62,336 bases of DNA, filler included, from Diploschistes diacapsis (GCA_023645945.1; 11 parts of 11 records of this genome joined end to end with filler, not necessarily neighbours in it), one strand, 5' to 3'. Positions 25,786 to 37,949 are shown, counted from the whole stretch's first letter. Notes: generated by a model not told the origin, from the sequence alone. Made by a program: numbers and translations.

Positions 25786-26151
25786 TAGAGTGTTGCCCCT
25801 AGTAACCGAGCGGACCCTAATAACCGATCATTTATAAGCGCTTTTTATACCCAAAATCCCTTCCCCATTTTTATCCATTATAAATTCCATTTATTTTCTT
25901 ATTTTTTGTTAATTTAAACCTAAATATTCTCGATAATAGAAAATATTCTTATCGAAACGAAAACTTAATCTTTCTCGCTATCGTTTCGTAAAATCGCTCG
26001 ACGTAACGATATTTCTTTCTTTTCTTTTCTCGATAAGCTTAATAGCCGTTTTAAAAAATTTATTAATTATTAATCGTAACAGTTTTTAATTATTAAATAA
26101 AAGACTATCCTCGCGAGCCATATGGAACGTTTATAGGTCGAAAAATTCTCT
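25786..26151 (+). mobile_element. Left end of a Fot1/pogo-type DNA transposon, RIP-degraded
   Basis: TA then GAGTG, and a TIR-like segment with two internal direct repeats, CCCTAGTAACCGA (25797-25809) and CCCTAATAACCGA (25815-25827), as in Fot1 TIRs. Followed by AT-rich DNA with an HTH-like remnant (SFRKIARR). Confidence 0.6.
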
Positions 26152-26251
26152 NNNNNNNNNNNNNNNNNNNNNNNNNNNNNNNNNNNNNNNNNNNNTTAAT
26201 TAATTAANNNNNNNNNNNNNNNNNNNNNNNNNNNNNNNNNNNNNNNNNNNN
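26152..26251. other. Artificial contig linker N44-TTAATTAATTAA-N44 (first of ten)
   Basis: The same spacer, with stops in all six frames, recurs at 29810, 33466, 37117, 40765, 44372, 47975, 51571, 55166 and 58752. Confidence 0.99.
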
Positions 26252-27904
26252 GGTTGACGGGGTGGGATGGCTGGCTTAAGTATCTAGGGGAGAACGAGGA
26301 GAGATGTCAGTGCCTCTGGCTATATCTCGAGCTACTTCAGGTATCAAGCGCCTCGCATCGCCCACGTCCCGATTACCGGATCTTCTGGATGATGACGACG
26401 ACGTGAAACTGACACTTGTGGACTCAGAGTACTCTATGAAGCGAAATGCAATTCAGTAGAATCGGCGTTTAATTATCAGTGTCAGCTATGTATCTATGAT
26501 TCCTATTCCTGACGACGCTAGGCCGGGACTGTTTGATCCCGCGGATCCGTCTAGGGCCGATACAGACACCGGACACTCGGGACGTTCCTTCGGAGCCGAG
26601 ATCGAGCTTGTTCCGTTCTTATCCACCTATACATCTGAGCACTTCACGCTCGTCCGCGATGTCATGGGAATGAGAAGCGTCGCATATACTTCCAAGGTCG
26701 GATACGAAGAACGATAGGAGGGAATATTAAGACATGTCAGTGGTTCCGGGTCGTGTGTTGTGTGCTGCGCAGAAGTCTTGTTTGAAGCCGGCTTTCCCTT
26801 GCTGGCTTGCTGCTTCGAAAAGAAAGGACCTTGAAGCTAATGTGGGAAGTATAACTCTCTTTTGTTTGGGTGTCTATTTTCCTTCTGGTGTTATCAAACA
26901 ACATCATGTACGGAATGTCAATATACGTTAGAATCCTCTAGTTTTTACCGCCACTCCAAGTTACAAGAATACGAGAGCCCCAAATTACCAGCGGCTCCCG
27001 CCGCCTGCGACTCGTCCACGCTCCACTTGAAAATGTTGTCAGTTGTCACAAGAAGGAAGCTACGTACAGTGATGCGGCGTTTTGCAAATGAGATTGTATC
27101 CCTCTATACCAGAGGCGAAGAAGGCTTCCAGGAAGCTCTCTGCACTGTGAATGGAAAGGCTCGGACAGCCAAAGAATCTAACTACCATAACCGACCTGAG
27201 GACATCCGGAGTGCCCTTGAGAGAGCTGGCTTACATCTGCGGGTCCTCAACGCAGTTTTGCTGAAACCGTTGAAACCTGTATTTGGCAAGGTACTCCAGG
27301 TTAAGACGTCTTAATCTGTTATGTCCGTCATTATGCTGAACAACTTGCCGCTCAAGCTGTAGTCTTTGCCGCCTTTAAAGAAAGAAACTTTCCGAGTCAA
27401 GGCAGTGTGATCTTCTAGCTTCCTCTAGCTATGGAAACCCGGCAGGCTACTATCACGCTGGGCTTAATGGACGTGGGAGTGGTGGCGTCACACCCTGTCG
27501 ACGGGTTGTACAACACCTACCTGCTCAGTATGGATAATAACGCCGTCGCGGACAATGAAACATCTGAAACGAGTTAGAGGCAATGATCCTACTTAGAACG
27601 GAGTGCTGCTGGGCCATGCACGGTTCGCCGCTGCGTTAGATCCTGGACAAGGGCCGCGAACGTCTCGATCAATCGGCGCAACAACTTATTGAGCAGTACC
27701 ATCTGAAGCAGGTACTTGATGGCCGGCGGCTCCTGTTCCAGGAACACCGTTTTCTATTCCCATTTTCAGACTTTGGGAGGAGGGCTAAGGAAAACGGGCT
27801 TCTGGGGCTGAAGAATGCATGACCATCCGTCTCAGGCGCAGGCCATTTATGAGCGGGATTGATCGGATGGATGTCTAGTTCTCCTGGTTCAGAGCTGCTT
27901 TTCT

Positions 27905-29120
27905 ATTATCATCAAAGCTCTCTGGAGCGTTCTCGTAGCTGCTGTGCCTAAGATCCCCCAAAAGCGCGGTACCTTCAGCCATATTACCAATTTCGGCACA
28001 AATTCTAACGGTGCACCAATATACACCTATGTTCCCACCGCCTTGAAGACGAACCTGCTATCGTTGTCTCCATCCACCAGTGTACTGGCACCGCTGAAGA
28101 ATATTACGAATCCGAGCCCTATGCACAACTGGCGGACGAATATGGCTTCCTCGTCATCTACCCGCAGAGCCCATACAGCGGAGCCTGCTGGATGTGAGTT
28201 GTCAAAACTCTCGAACCCTCCGGTCAAGTCATTAACCATCTCCAGGTATCCTCCAACTCTCCTCTCGCATACAAGGGTGGCGGAGACAGCAACAGTATTG
28301 CGGACAAGGTGACATATGCAATCAGCGACTACAAAGATGACTCAACTCAGGTCTTTGTCACTGGTTGTTCCTCCGGTGCAATGATGACGGCAGTGTCTCC
28401 AGTGCGCTCCCACTTCCATTCCCTGCTGACAACCTTAGAACACTATGTCCGCCACCTATCCCTGGCTTCGTCACCGTCTGCGTCTCCTCCGATGCATCCG
28501 CTGGGTGCTTCATATCCGCCACCATCTAGACGACCCATGGAACTCGGCTTTGCACCGAGGGCGAAATCAACAGCAGGCAATCCTGCTGGGTCGATGCCTT
28601 CCAAAACACGTACACCGGGGTACTCTGGTAATCGTCCAAAGATGATGGTATGCCATAGCACAGCCGATACAACGCTATACCCAATTATAATGTGACGATC
28701 AAATGAACGGATCGGCGTATTCGGGTACAGCTTGGCGCCGGAGGGTACGGCGCTCAACACGCCCCTACCGAAATATTACACCTACACTCACGGCCCCGAT
28801 GTGGTGGGCTTCCATGCGATCTGCGTCGGGCATACGGTGCCGGTCCAAGGAGCGAGCGATATGGATTGGTTTGGCAGCTCTGGAGCCACTACCCCTGGCA
28901 CAAGTAGTACTAATACTGGCATAGGCATAAAGACTGGCTCGAGTCCGATCACACCAGTCTCGACCGCAACGCCAACAAGCGGAAGCGGAGGCGGGATTGG
29001 CAGTGCAACGGTGAACGAATACGGACAATACGGTGGGATGAGCTGATCTAGCCCAACGGCATGTGCTGCCCTATATTCGTGTCATGTCCTGCACGCGTAT
29101 TTATTCACAGTGCTCCTATT
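27905..29120 (+). pseudogene. CE1 acetyl xylan esterase with Ser/Thr linker and C-terminal CBM1, pseudogene
   Basis: TNFGTN..GAPIYTYVP, AIVVSIHQCTG, LADEYGFLVIYPQSP..CWD, nucleophile motif VTGCSSGAMMT, PGYSGNRPKM...H...D.TL, GHTVP. CBM1 remnant EYGQYGGMS*SSPTAC. Multiple frameshifts and stops. Confidence 0.88.
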
Positions 29121-29909
29121 TTGAAAGCCTGAAAGACGGACAGAGAGGTGCTCCGACCAGAAACGGATAGGAGAGTGTCTGTAGCTAGTGAGTGTAGGTT
29201 TTTAGTGTTCCTTATCTGTATAGCGACAAGAGTGCAACAGCCAAGTTCATATATATACATTAACTACAGCACATTATCGCATGCATGAACAGGTACTGGT
29301 ATGTTCAATAGTCAGCCTCAAGCTATTACCTACTTAACACTTTTAACACTTTAGGGGAACGAGCGTAATGTAGCTGAAAAACCAAAGCGGGCGCTGATGT
29401 TCAATGTAACAACATGGTGCGTGCCCGTTCCCAGGCGGGAGCAACTATACTGGTAAATTTGGAAGCTAATAGGACGCGACAGCTCTTGAGAATCGCGGTC
29501 GTGACGCATTGTTAACGTCCATTTATACGTGGAAGTGCCACTGCGCTGAAAATTTGATGCCGTATTGCGCTTCGTTCACAAAGGAGAAAATTGCGGGACC
29601 CATCATCATAGCACGCACATGTCAAAATCTTTCCCACCCGCCCGAGCGCATCGTACGGTAACTAGCACAAGCCGGCACCGACAGCTCTCCTTTTTCTCTG
29701 ACACCATGGAAATGGCTCCCCAAGAGAGTCCCCGCCAAAGGAAACCTCCTCCGCCCAAGCTCAAGCGCCTTCCCAAAAGTAATCCACCCCACCCCACCTC
29801 CCCTCCGCANNNNNNNNNNNNNNNNNNNNNNNNNNNNNNNNNNNNNNNNNNNNTTAATTAATTAANNNNNNNNNNNNNNNNNNNNNNNNNNNNNNNNNNN
29901 NNNNNNNNN

Positions 29910-30647
29910 GGGCTGGAGGTGGCGAGAAATATAGACTGGAGGGGAAGGGATAGCGTGGGATTGGTGGAACCAGCCGGGGCCGCGCATGGCAAAGAGAAGG
30001 TCGAGGATGAAGTCGAGGCGGGCCAAGAAGGAGGCGGGGAGGGACTGCCAGAAATAGGTGTAGCAGAGATTTGCAGAGCCTGGACTTGGGCCCGGTGGAG
30101 TCTCGTTGCCTGAGATCTTCGAACCGTTGGCGAAGGAAGCTGGCGAGGCCTCCTCGGTTTTGATCATGCGTGCTCTAGCGCCGTCCGATGCCTTCTCGTT
30201 AAGGCCAACCGCCGTCGTGACTCCGTCTGCTACCGGATCCTGCGCGATAAACTCTTTGGCCGCCACTGGCCTCCTTTCCACCCTCCTGACATCCCGTAGA
30301 TCCCGGAAGATGACGAAGGCAGCACACCAGACAATCGCCCACGCATCGACGAGCCCTATCCCGTACGTGGCCGGTAGGCTCGCGCTCTTGGTTTCCAAGA
30401 TAGCCTTGATGCACCAATAGGCGAAAAACACAAAGACCGGGTATTTGGCATGGCGTACTAGCTTGTTCTCTGTAGGCGGCAGCAGCATGTACGCGAGCAG
30501 AACATAGATGCCAAAGCTCCGGTACGGCCAGACGTAGGGCTCATAGTCGCCACGCTCGACGCCGGCTTTGAATTGGGCGTGATAATAGTCAACGAGGGCA
30601 TTGTGAGTTCGTGGTGCAGGGTTCGTGTCCCGGATGTCAACGGCCAT
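29910..30647 (-). CDS. Wax synthase/MBOAT_2-type membrane O-acyltransferase, 5' part (cut by contig end)
   Basis: Hydrophobic N-terminal helices and Y.WQ.LP.SF..RLDF..DL....RG.GW, typical of fungal MBOAT_2 proteins. Confidence 0.7.
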
Positions 30648-31343
30648 TGAAGCTATGTGCTACGATACTTGCTGTGAAGAAAGTCATGCTTATTAACGAG
30701 TAGTATGTGAAATTCCTCTGTTATGAAGTCCCGCGGACTGGTGATATCATCATAAATGAAAGAATCCGGCGCGCTTAAAAGTATCTGTCTATCTGTCGTA
30801 GGATTGGAAGAGAGTAAAACGTCTATGATTCATTGGCTGTTTTATAACGTTTTCTAGCTTTCCGGATCGAGGTTCTCTGGTTTGAAGATCTTTCTATCAA
30901 TGCATATATGCCTTTTCTAAAGATAGATTTCATGATCTGATCAACAGTTTAGTTACTATCATAGCGCTTTGTTTTTGATAAATTCCACTACGCTGAAACG
31001 ATTCCGGAATTCTCCAGCACCAAGAGATTGGAAAATAGTAAGATTCCATTCTGCCGGTTGCGTAAGTAAGTCCGGTTTTGTGGAGGATTTCTAGGACAAT
31101 ACGACTTGCCATTGATCAATTAACTTTGTGAGACGTGAGACGCGCGCGGTGTGGAGGTTGGGTGAATCCGACTGGTGGCCCAAATGCTTGACTCTTTCAA
31201 TTTTTATCTGTTCTCATTCCACCATTCCCCCAACCTTTCGATACCTATAGCATCACAATCGAAGCCTGTTAGGATCTCAGATACATCATTCGCTCTACAA
31301 CTCAATCATTTCAGGGAATAATACCTGCTACATCTTCACTGCA

Positions 31344-31759
31344 ATGTCCCAAATCCAGCAACCCATGCCCACCCACCAGATGGAGATTCCTGCCGCTGAC
31401 GATGCCCCTCGCATGACCACCGACCAGCCTGTGAGTTGAGCTACATTTCTGATTCGGCCGAAGTTTGCTATGAGACGATGTTCAAATAGCTAACAACAAT
31501 CTGAAGAAGCCTCAGGAGCCGATGACCATGTCCCTCCGCGGTGGTGGAGAGGGTGAGGAGATTTGTTGCGGCTGGTAGGTTGCTCTCTACACTGCTTCTT
31601 TTCGCTCCTGTCGAGTCCGTTCAACGATGATCTCGACGTGCACGATCAATTCGGACATTCACGGCCGTCCGCTGACTCTCCCCTTTCAGCTGCGCTGCTT
31701 GCTGTGCCTGCGAGGCCTTCGAATGCTTCGAGTGCTGCAAGGGCATGTGCGACTCGTAG
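31344..31759 (+). CDS. 74-aa spliced microprotein with an LRGG motif and Cys-rich tail (CYSTM-like)
   Basis: Exons 31344-31430, 31507-31574 and 31690-31759 with canonical GT-AG and branch sites give MSQIQQPMPTHQMEIPAADDAPRMTTDQPKPQEPMTMSLRGGGEGEEICCGCCAACCACEAFECFECCKGMCDS*. Confidence 0.8.
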
Positions 31760-31920
31760 ATGGAAAAACAGACGAAGTCTGAATTGGAAATACGAGCGGT
31801 TTTTGTGAACAGCGGACTTGTAATGAGGATACGAGAGCATGTTATTGATACTCCACGATCGAGTTCAGCGACTGTGACACGTGAATAAAGTGCGGAAATG
31901 CAACGACTTTGACAGAGCTT

Positions 31921-33465
31921 TCATTCTGGCTGATCCATCAAAAGCGTGTTGACCGCCTGCAATGTCGCCCGCGATGGGTTTGCCCAGGGGATTGCCTCTA
32001 TGATTGCCGCCAACCGTCGTCGGATCAAGCTTTTGCCAATGTCGGCTCGTGGCTCCTGGATGAGGTTTGCTATCTTGCCGTTAGCTTCCACAATAACTTT
32101 GGGTGGATTGATTAGCGCCGCTTTACCTTGATCGTCATAATACATACAGAAGAAGGCCAGTGCAACTCCAACGGAAAGGTCTCTCCCATTAGCGCAGGTG
32201 AAGAGTAATCTTGGCGAGGTCGTCTTGGTAAAGACGTCGGCCAAGAAGGGCTTCAGCAACGGCAGCTTATCCCGCAACATCCGGCTACCGAGCTTTCCAG
32301 ACGGGCAGCCAAGCTGCAAGATCACCAACGATGCTGGCCTCCGGTTCTCTTCGTTCTTGACACAGTTTTCTATAACCCAGCCGCAGCAAATGATGGCATC
32401 GAGACCCTGCAATGAGGCGCTATCCGAAAGTGCATTTTCGGTGCCAATATGGAAAGGCACTGATGATCCCAGTGGCTGGACTTCAATCATCGCTCCCAAT
32501 GCACATCTTTGCCGTTCTTCCCCAACAACACGGTCAACTATCTCTTCAAGTTCTTCCTCTGCCAGGTTGCTTAGAAGCTCAGCGTGGTGCCTCCAGAACA
32601 TTTCAGGAGTTAACCCTCTTGCCCAGTTCTCGGTATCGTCGCCTGCGCCCTGTACGTAGCTGTCGCCGTCCCCCACCTCCCTCCTTGACGCACTGCAGCA
32701 GATGACTGTATGCCACAGAGGCAGCTGCTCTACCACCATTTGCTCCGACTCCCTTGTGATGAACGCCATGAGCATTGGTTTCGTAATTTTAGCTCGAAGT
32801 TTAGCCATGTCTAACCGCAGGCGCTGCAATACGAATCATTAATCTACCAACATCATCATTATGGGGAATGAGTGTCTGCAGCAGCTTTATACTCCCCTAC
32901 CTACAAGTACGAAGACTGCGTTACGACGCACACATTCGTGGATCATTCCAGGAAAACTACGTTTTCGCTTACCCTTAGGTCTGCCACCCACTCATCCATC
33001 CTCGCTTCTATCTGGCTCCGCTCCGAGTGCCCCACGACCGTGTCAGGTAATTGCAATTCATGAGCCCAAGGCAACTCCGGAAAGAGCACTCGGTTCATGA
33101 CAGTAGTCCATATAGGCACCGTTTTGCTGAGCGCGTCCGGCATGCTCTTGCCCCGGCGCGTCGAGTCGACGATGATGCACCTGGAGTTGGACGTCAGTAG
33201 CTTGAGCATGTCCCCGAGCTTGAAGCGTCGCTGCATCCATCCCAAGGCCTCAACACGGAGGGGGGATAGGGGGCGGTACGGTACAGGTGGGCAAAAGAGG
33301 AAGGAAGAAGTAGCGAAGAAGAAGAAGAAGAAGAAGAAGAAGAAGAAGAAGAAGAAAAAACACCCACCCGCCCTTCTCCTCGACAACCCCCAACAAATGC
33401 AGATTCAGCCTCCTCAAGCTAAACCCCCACTGCCCATGATGCCCGTCCGTGCTTTTGAAGTAGAC
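31921..33465 (-). CDS. RIT1: tRNA A64-2'-O-ribosylphosphate transferase, 5' end missing
   Basis: YFKSTDGH.GQW.FSLRRLN, CIIVDSTRRGKSMPDALSKTVPIW, YVQGAGDDTENWARGLTP, GRDLSVGVAL and NPSRATLQAVN. Intron 33181-33367 and another at about 32826-32973. Confidence 0.93.
33315..33356. repeat. (GAA)14 microsatellite in a RIT1 intron
   Basis: Read directly; it explains the spurious poly-K and poly-F ORFs. Confidence 0.95.
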
Positions 33466-33716
33466 NNNNNNNNNNNNNNNNNNNNNNNNNNNNNNNNNNN
33501 NNNNNNNNNTTAATTAATTAANNNNNNNNNNNNNNNNNNNNNNNNNNNNNNNNNNNNNNNNNNNNCTGTATGCGCCTATAAGCTCAGAACGCTCCCAGAG
33601 CTTCAAACGACGATATGGTGGCATTATTGTAGAAATAATAGTAGGCATTTATTGTTTATTTGCACCGATTTAACCGAGGGACCATTACTTTTGGACTAGT
33701 ACTGTATATTGCGGTA

Positions 33717-34101
33717 AAAGCACGGACACGGATACCGTAATAAAAAAATTTAAAACACGGATATTAACACGGATATTAACACGGACATTATATTATAATA
33801 AAAATACGGACACGGATATCGCAATAAAAATTTTCTCGATACGGATACTAACACGGACATTATATTATAATAAAAACACGGATACGGATATCGTAATAAA
33901 AATTTTCTCGGTACGGACATTAACACGAATATTATATTATAATAAAAACACGGACACGGACACTACAATTAAAAATTTTAAAATATTAATATTAACACGG
34001 ACACTGCACTTCCGTGAATCCACGGACACGGACACCGCAGCTAAAAAATCTAAAACACGGACACTGACACGGCCGTGTCAGTGTCAGTGACGGCCAGCCT
34101 A
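33717..34101. mobile_element. Transposon terminus with ACACGG subterminal repeats, 72-bp tandem units and a 26-bp palindrome (hAT-like)
   Basis: Many ACACGGA(C/T) copies; 72-bp period (33781, 33853, 33925); perfect palindrome at 34060-34085; ends GGCCAGCCTA (reverse complement TAGGCTGGCC). Confidence 0.55.
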
Positions 34102-35232
34102 ATTTATACCTCGCTACTTCCTACCTAGTTAGTTCTGCACCTTTTCGAATCTGAACCATTCAGCCTACGATGCCCAGTTACACGTAATCCTTCCGGATCA
34201 GGCTCAGCCCCCGGTAGTGTAGCACCTTTCCTGTAGGGGCGTTCTACCTATACGCAGAATAAGTTATCTGCGCCGTTTCTTCTCCACATATATAGTGTGT
34301 CTGTTAAGCCGTTTAGCTCATATCAGTTCCCATAATAATTTGTATGCATTATATATATTAAAGAAAATGTACATACAAATTTATATGGGACCTAGCTTAA
34401 CACGTGTACGAGAAATAATTGTCAGCCCTACAATGTTTGTATGAAGAAGGAGCGGGCGCAGGTAGTTGCTCCTGAGACAAAGCGTTTGGATGCCCCAGAC
34501 CATTAATTAGATCGGTACTATATACTGTGAGTAGAGAGTTCGTCATTTTACAAAGATTCGTAAGGGAAGGGAGGTTTGCTCTTTGCGCGAGGGCAATGAT
34601 CGTTATTTATGCTTTCGACTGGTCCGATGGATGTTTAGATATCGAATAGGAAGAGGAGGACATGCAGTTCTGTTAAGGAGAGGTAGATACTGTGGCTACT
34701 GGCGGATGGACCCCGAGGCAAGTCGACTGGCCGAGTAAAACCTCCTCTTCTTTCACGATATCGGAGCTTGTGATCGAAGAGGAAGAGTTTTAGAGAAATT
34801 AACGATAAAATAAAAGCTTATTCCTGCTTCATTAATTCCTTTCTACTACGCCCAGCTTCACGCTATGGAAGGAAAAGCTTTGGAAAACTCTCTCTGCACG
34901 TCGAAATATTTTCATACCAGATAATAAGCAAGAAGGTCGCCATACTTAAATAATAGTTTGTCGTTTGGGTGGGAAATACAGCGAAAATCGAGATTGGTTC
35001 TAGTTACGAGCCCTAGTAAGCCGTCGACAACTTGAATTACATTTCCAAAGCTATTGACCTCGCTGCTTTCCCGATAATCAAAAAAAACGGCTTCATAGTT
35101 GTTCTAGCCTCGCTCTTCTCTTTTCTTTCCACCAAAGACGCTCTTCAACATTTCTAACATTTCAGAGTCGTGTGCGCCCCTACATTACAGTCACACGGAA
35201 TTCACAAGCTTTTCGCATCACAAGTATCCTCC

Positions 35233-36174
35233 ATGTCTTTACCACCCTATACACTCCTTGGTCCTTCCATGCTCTCGGATAAGGAGCGGAATGATATTAT
35301 AGACTGGCTGAAGAAAGAGATCCTCGGTCCCTGCCAGATTCCCTCCGATATTGACCCGGAAGAAGTCGTAGAGAGAATCTGGCGTCCTATCTATAACGCG
35401 GACATCAGGTCTAACGAGGACGAGACACGGGTCCTGCGTTCAGCAATTGTGAAACTGCACGGCGACCTGCGACGCCGCGATAGCAGCCTCCCAGCACTGA
35501 AAATGTTGGACAAATGGCCTAAGCTACCGGCTTGCATCTGGAGTGGAGACATCGACTTTTTGAACGGGAATGAGAAAAGGAAGAACAAAGACAGAGGCCT
35601 AGAGCCAGCATATATCAGGACCGCCCGACAAACAGTGCCGAGGAAGAGAAGGCTCGGGCCTGAAGGGGATACCAGGGACGAAAGGGTAGATGAGTTCCTC
35701 AGAACCTGCTTGGACAGTCACCCCAGAAAGGATAGACAAGGAGACCCGGGCCAGTCTCCCTGGAAGAGATCGCGCACTCAAAGCAACGACCATACCGCAT
35801 TTGGCCATGAGAGTGGCAAGAAAACACAACAGCCGTTCCATACCCAACACAACAACTTTGTAGGAAGAAGCAGATATAACAAGGATGACAACGCTCTTTT
35901 CAAATCACCTCAGGAAATCAGCGGAGAGTATATGAAAGAATCCCTGGTGAAAAGCAAAGCCCAGCTCGAACATCTGCAGAAATGTGAGCGCGACCTCATG
36001 CAGATGACCCGTCGTTCTGATGCCGAGATGGAGCTGGCTGGCCGGAGTCAGCTCGGTATACAAGTGGATCTGGAGTACTTCAGAGAGAGAATCAGCGCGG
36101 TCCAAAAGGCAGTTGATGAGAGACTCGACGCGGTTTTCGGGCTGCTTGGTACCAAGGATCCTGGCGGTTCTTAG
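35233..36174 (+). CDS. Hypothetical protein with basic NLS-like segments and a C-terminal coiled coil
   Basis: Uninterrupted ORF of about 313 codons from the first ATG; PRKRR motif and heptad-like C-terminus; no family recognised. Confidence 0.55.
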   Translation: MSLPPYTLLGPSMLSDKERNDIIDWLKKEILGPCQIPSDIDPEEVVERIWRPIYNADIRSNEDETRVLRSAIVKLHGDLRRRDSSLPALKMLDKWPKLPACIWSGDIDFLNGNEKRKNKDRGLEPAYIRTARQTVPRKRRLGPEGDTRDERVDEFLRTCLDSHPRKDRQGDPGQSPWKRSRTQSNDHTAFGHESGKKTQQPFHTQHNNFVGRSRYNKDDNALFKSPQEISGEYMKESLVKSKAQLEHLQKCERDLMQMTRRSDAEMELAGRSQLGIQVDLEYFRERISAVQKAVDERLDAVFGLLGTKDPGGS

Positions 36175-37949
36175 CGCGATTCTTAGCGATTCCTGTCTGG
36201 ATCAGTGCACTGGCCGGGACACGATCCCACCATCCTTGGCGCAAAGGCAGAATGCAGTGTTGTGCGGGCAAAGACTGCCACCCAAAACATCAGGATTGTT
36301 CCATTCCAAAGGATCTGTAGGCCCTTGGGGAAGGCTCTGCGAACCACCTCAAAACCACGTCGAGCAGTCTATTATCCAACCATCATGTCGAGGAGAGAAT
36401 TGAATGGGACCTCCACCCGACGGACAGAGTCAAACCCCGAGCACAAGGAATGATGTACAGTCAACATCTGAGGGTCCGGGGCCGAGCTTCTTTCTCTCTG
36501 CATATCGCATACCTTCATCGTCGAAGGAACACCCATGCTGCTACGAAGCAACCAGACACTTCTTTTCGGCAGCGATTTGATCTCGCACCACGATGGTGTG
36601 CACAGGATGGGAAGGGAACCTGTTTTCCAAAAAAGTTTGTCCAGAGCCATTCCATCCTGTCGGAAAGATACCATTGCTCTTCTCATGCGGCATTAACAAA
36701 GATAACAAGTTTGCTCGAGCTACTTTACGTCACCGGACAATTAGGGTGAATGCTCAGCAAGCAGCGGATAGCGGATAGCGGTAGTCAAAAGGATTATATA
36801 CCTGTTTGCGAAGAGCGAAGCTTGCGGTTGTCTATATACTGTCCCCTGATCTTTGGCCGAGAGAGTGAGAAAACTATTCGATTAGAACGTCTGTTAACGG
36901 TTGCGGCATATCGGGGAGGTGTTTCCACACTCAGCCACGGGCGTATCAGATGGCGTAGGGACCGCGTATGTGACTATTGATCGCAGCATCGCAGGCAAAG
37001 ATATGGAAGGACAGTGACCATTGATTTATTCCCCCCGCAGTGGCTTCAGATACCTGCACCCAACCCGCAAATGGTCATGCCTCCCACCCCTAGCCATTAC
37101 CCTCTTCCTCCATTCCNNNNNNNNNNNNNNNNNNNNNNNNNNNNNNNNNNNNNNNNNNNNTTAATTAATTAANNNNNNNNNNNNNNNNNNNNNNNNNNNN
37201 NNNNNNNNNNNNNNNNCCCCCCATCCTGGCGCGAACTTGTTCCCCAACCGGGACGGAGCTCAAGTCGCCTGGCTCACCATCCACATATCCCAGCAAGCCT
37301 GCCTCCGCTTCCTTTCCGGCAAAACGGACATAAGGAGGTGGCTCTCGCGTCTCGGCCCACATGGGCTGCTACTCATTCCCCAGAGTGCCAGATCATGTGG
37401 TACACACCGACCCTTACGGTCTCGTACCGTTTCCTCGCTGCAACCCCCCTCGCATGCACAGTATTCACAGGGACCCTGCGCCTCTTTGATCTCTCAAGAT
37501 TGACCATTCAACAATTCAAACACCGGCTAAATCATATGCTAGGAATGCTGGACACAGACCAAGTGAACCAGAGCTAAGGCAACTGCCAAACCGGAAACGC
37601 CATACGCTTGGCCCATGTTCTGCCCCTGCTCTAAAATGCCATGATCATGCTGCCCTGAGCCACGCCGAGGTACATGAAGTGCTCCTGAAAAGCAACAGAG
37701 TTTTGGAAAGAGATTGCGCCAGCTAAAATGTATACTCCTTGTGGAAACACGCCCGTTGAATGGCTCGTACGGCCAAATGCGAAAAAGACGCCCTTGAAGC
37801 GATGCGCCAGAAGTCAAATGTGCTGTGCGGCTGCTGTGACCGCTGAAATGCGAAAACAGTGACTTGAACAAGTGCGAAAAAGAAGTTAAAACAAAGGAAA
37901 CAGCTGCCGGTACCTCGAGCTCGATCGTGGCTGAAGGCGGATGGATTCC

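Noticed and set aside
26496..27314. Short plus-strand ORFs on contig 2
   Set aside because: No recognisable motif or coherent splice model; possibly degraded coding DNA, but not callable.
32943..33513. Poly-Phe and poly-Lys ORFs
   Set aside because: They are translations of the intronic (GAA)14 microsatellite in RIT1.
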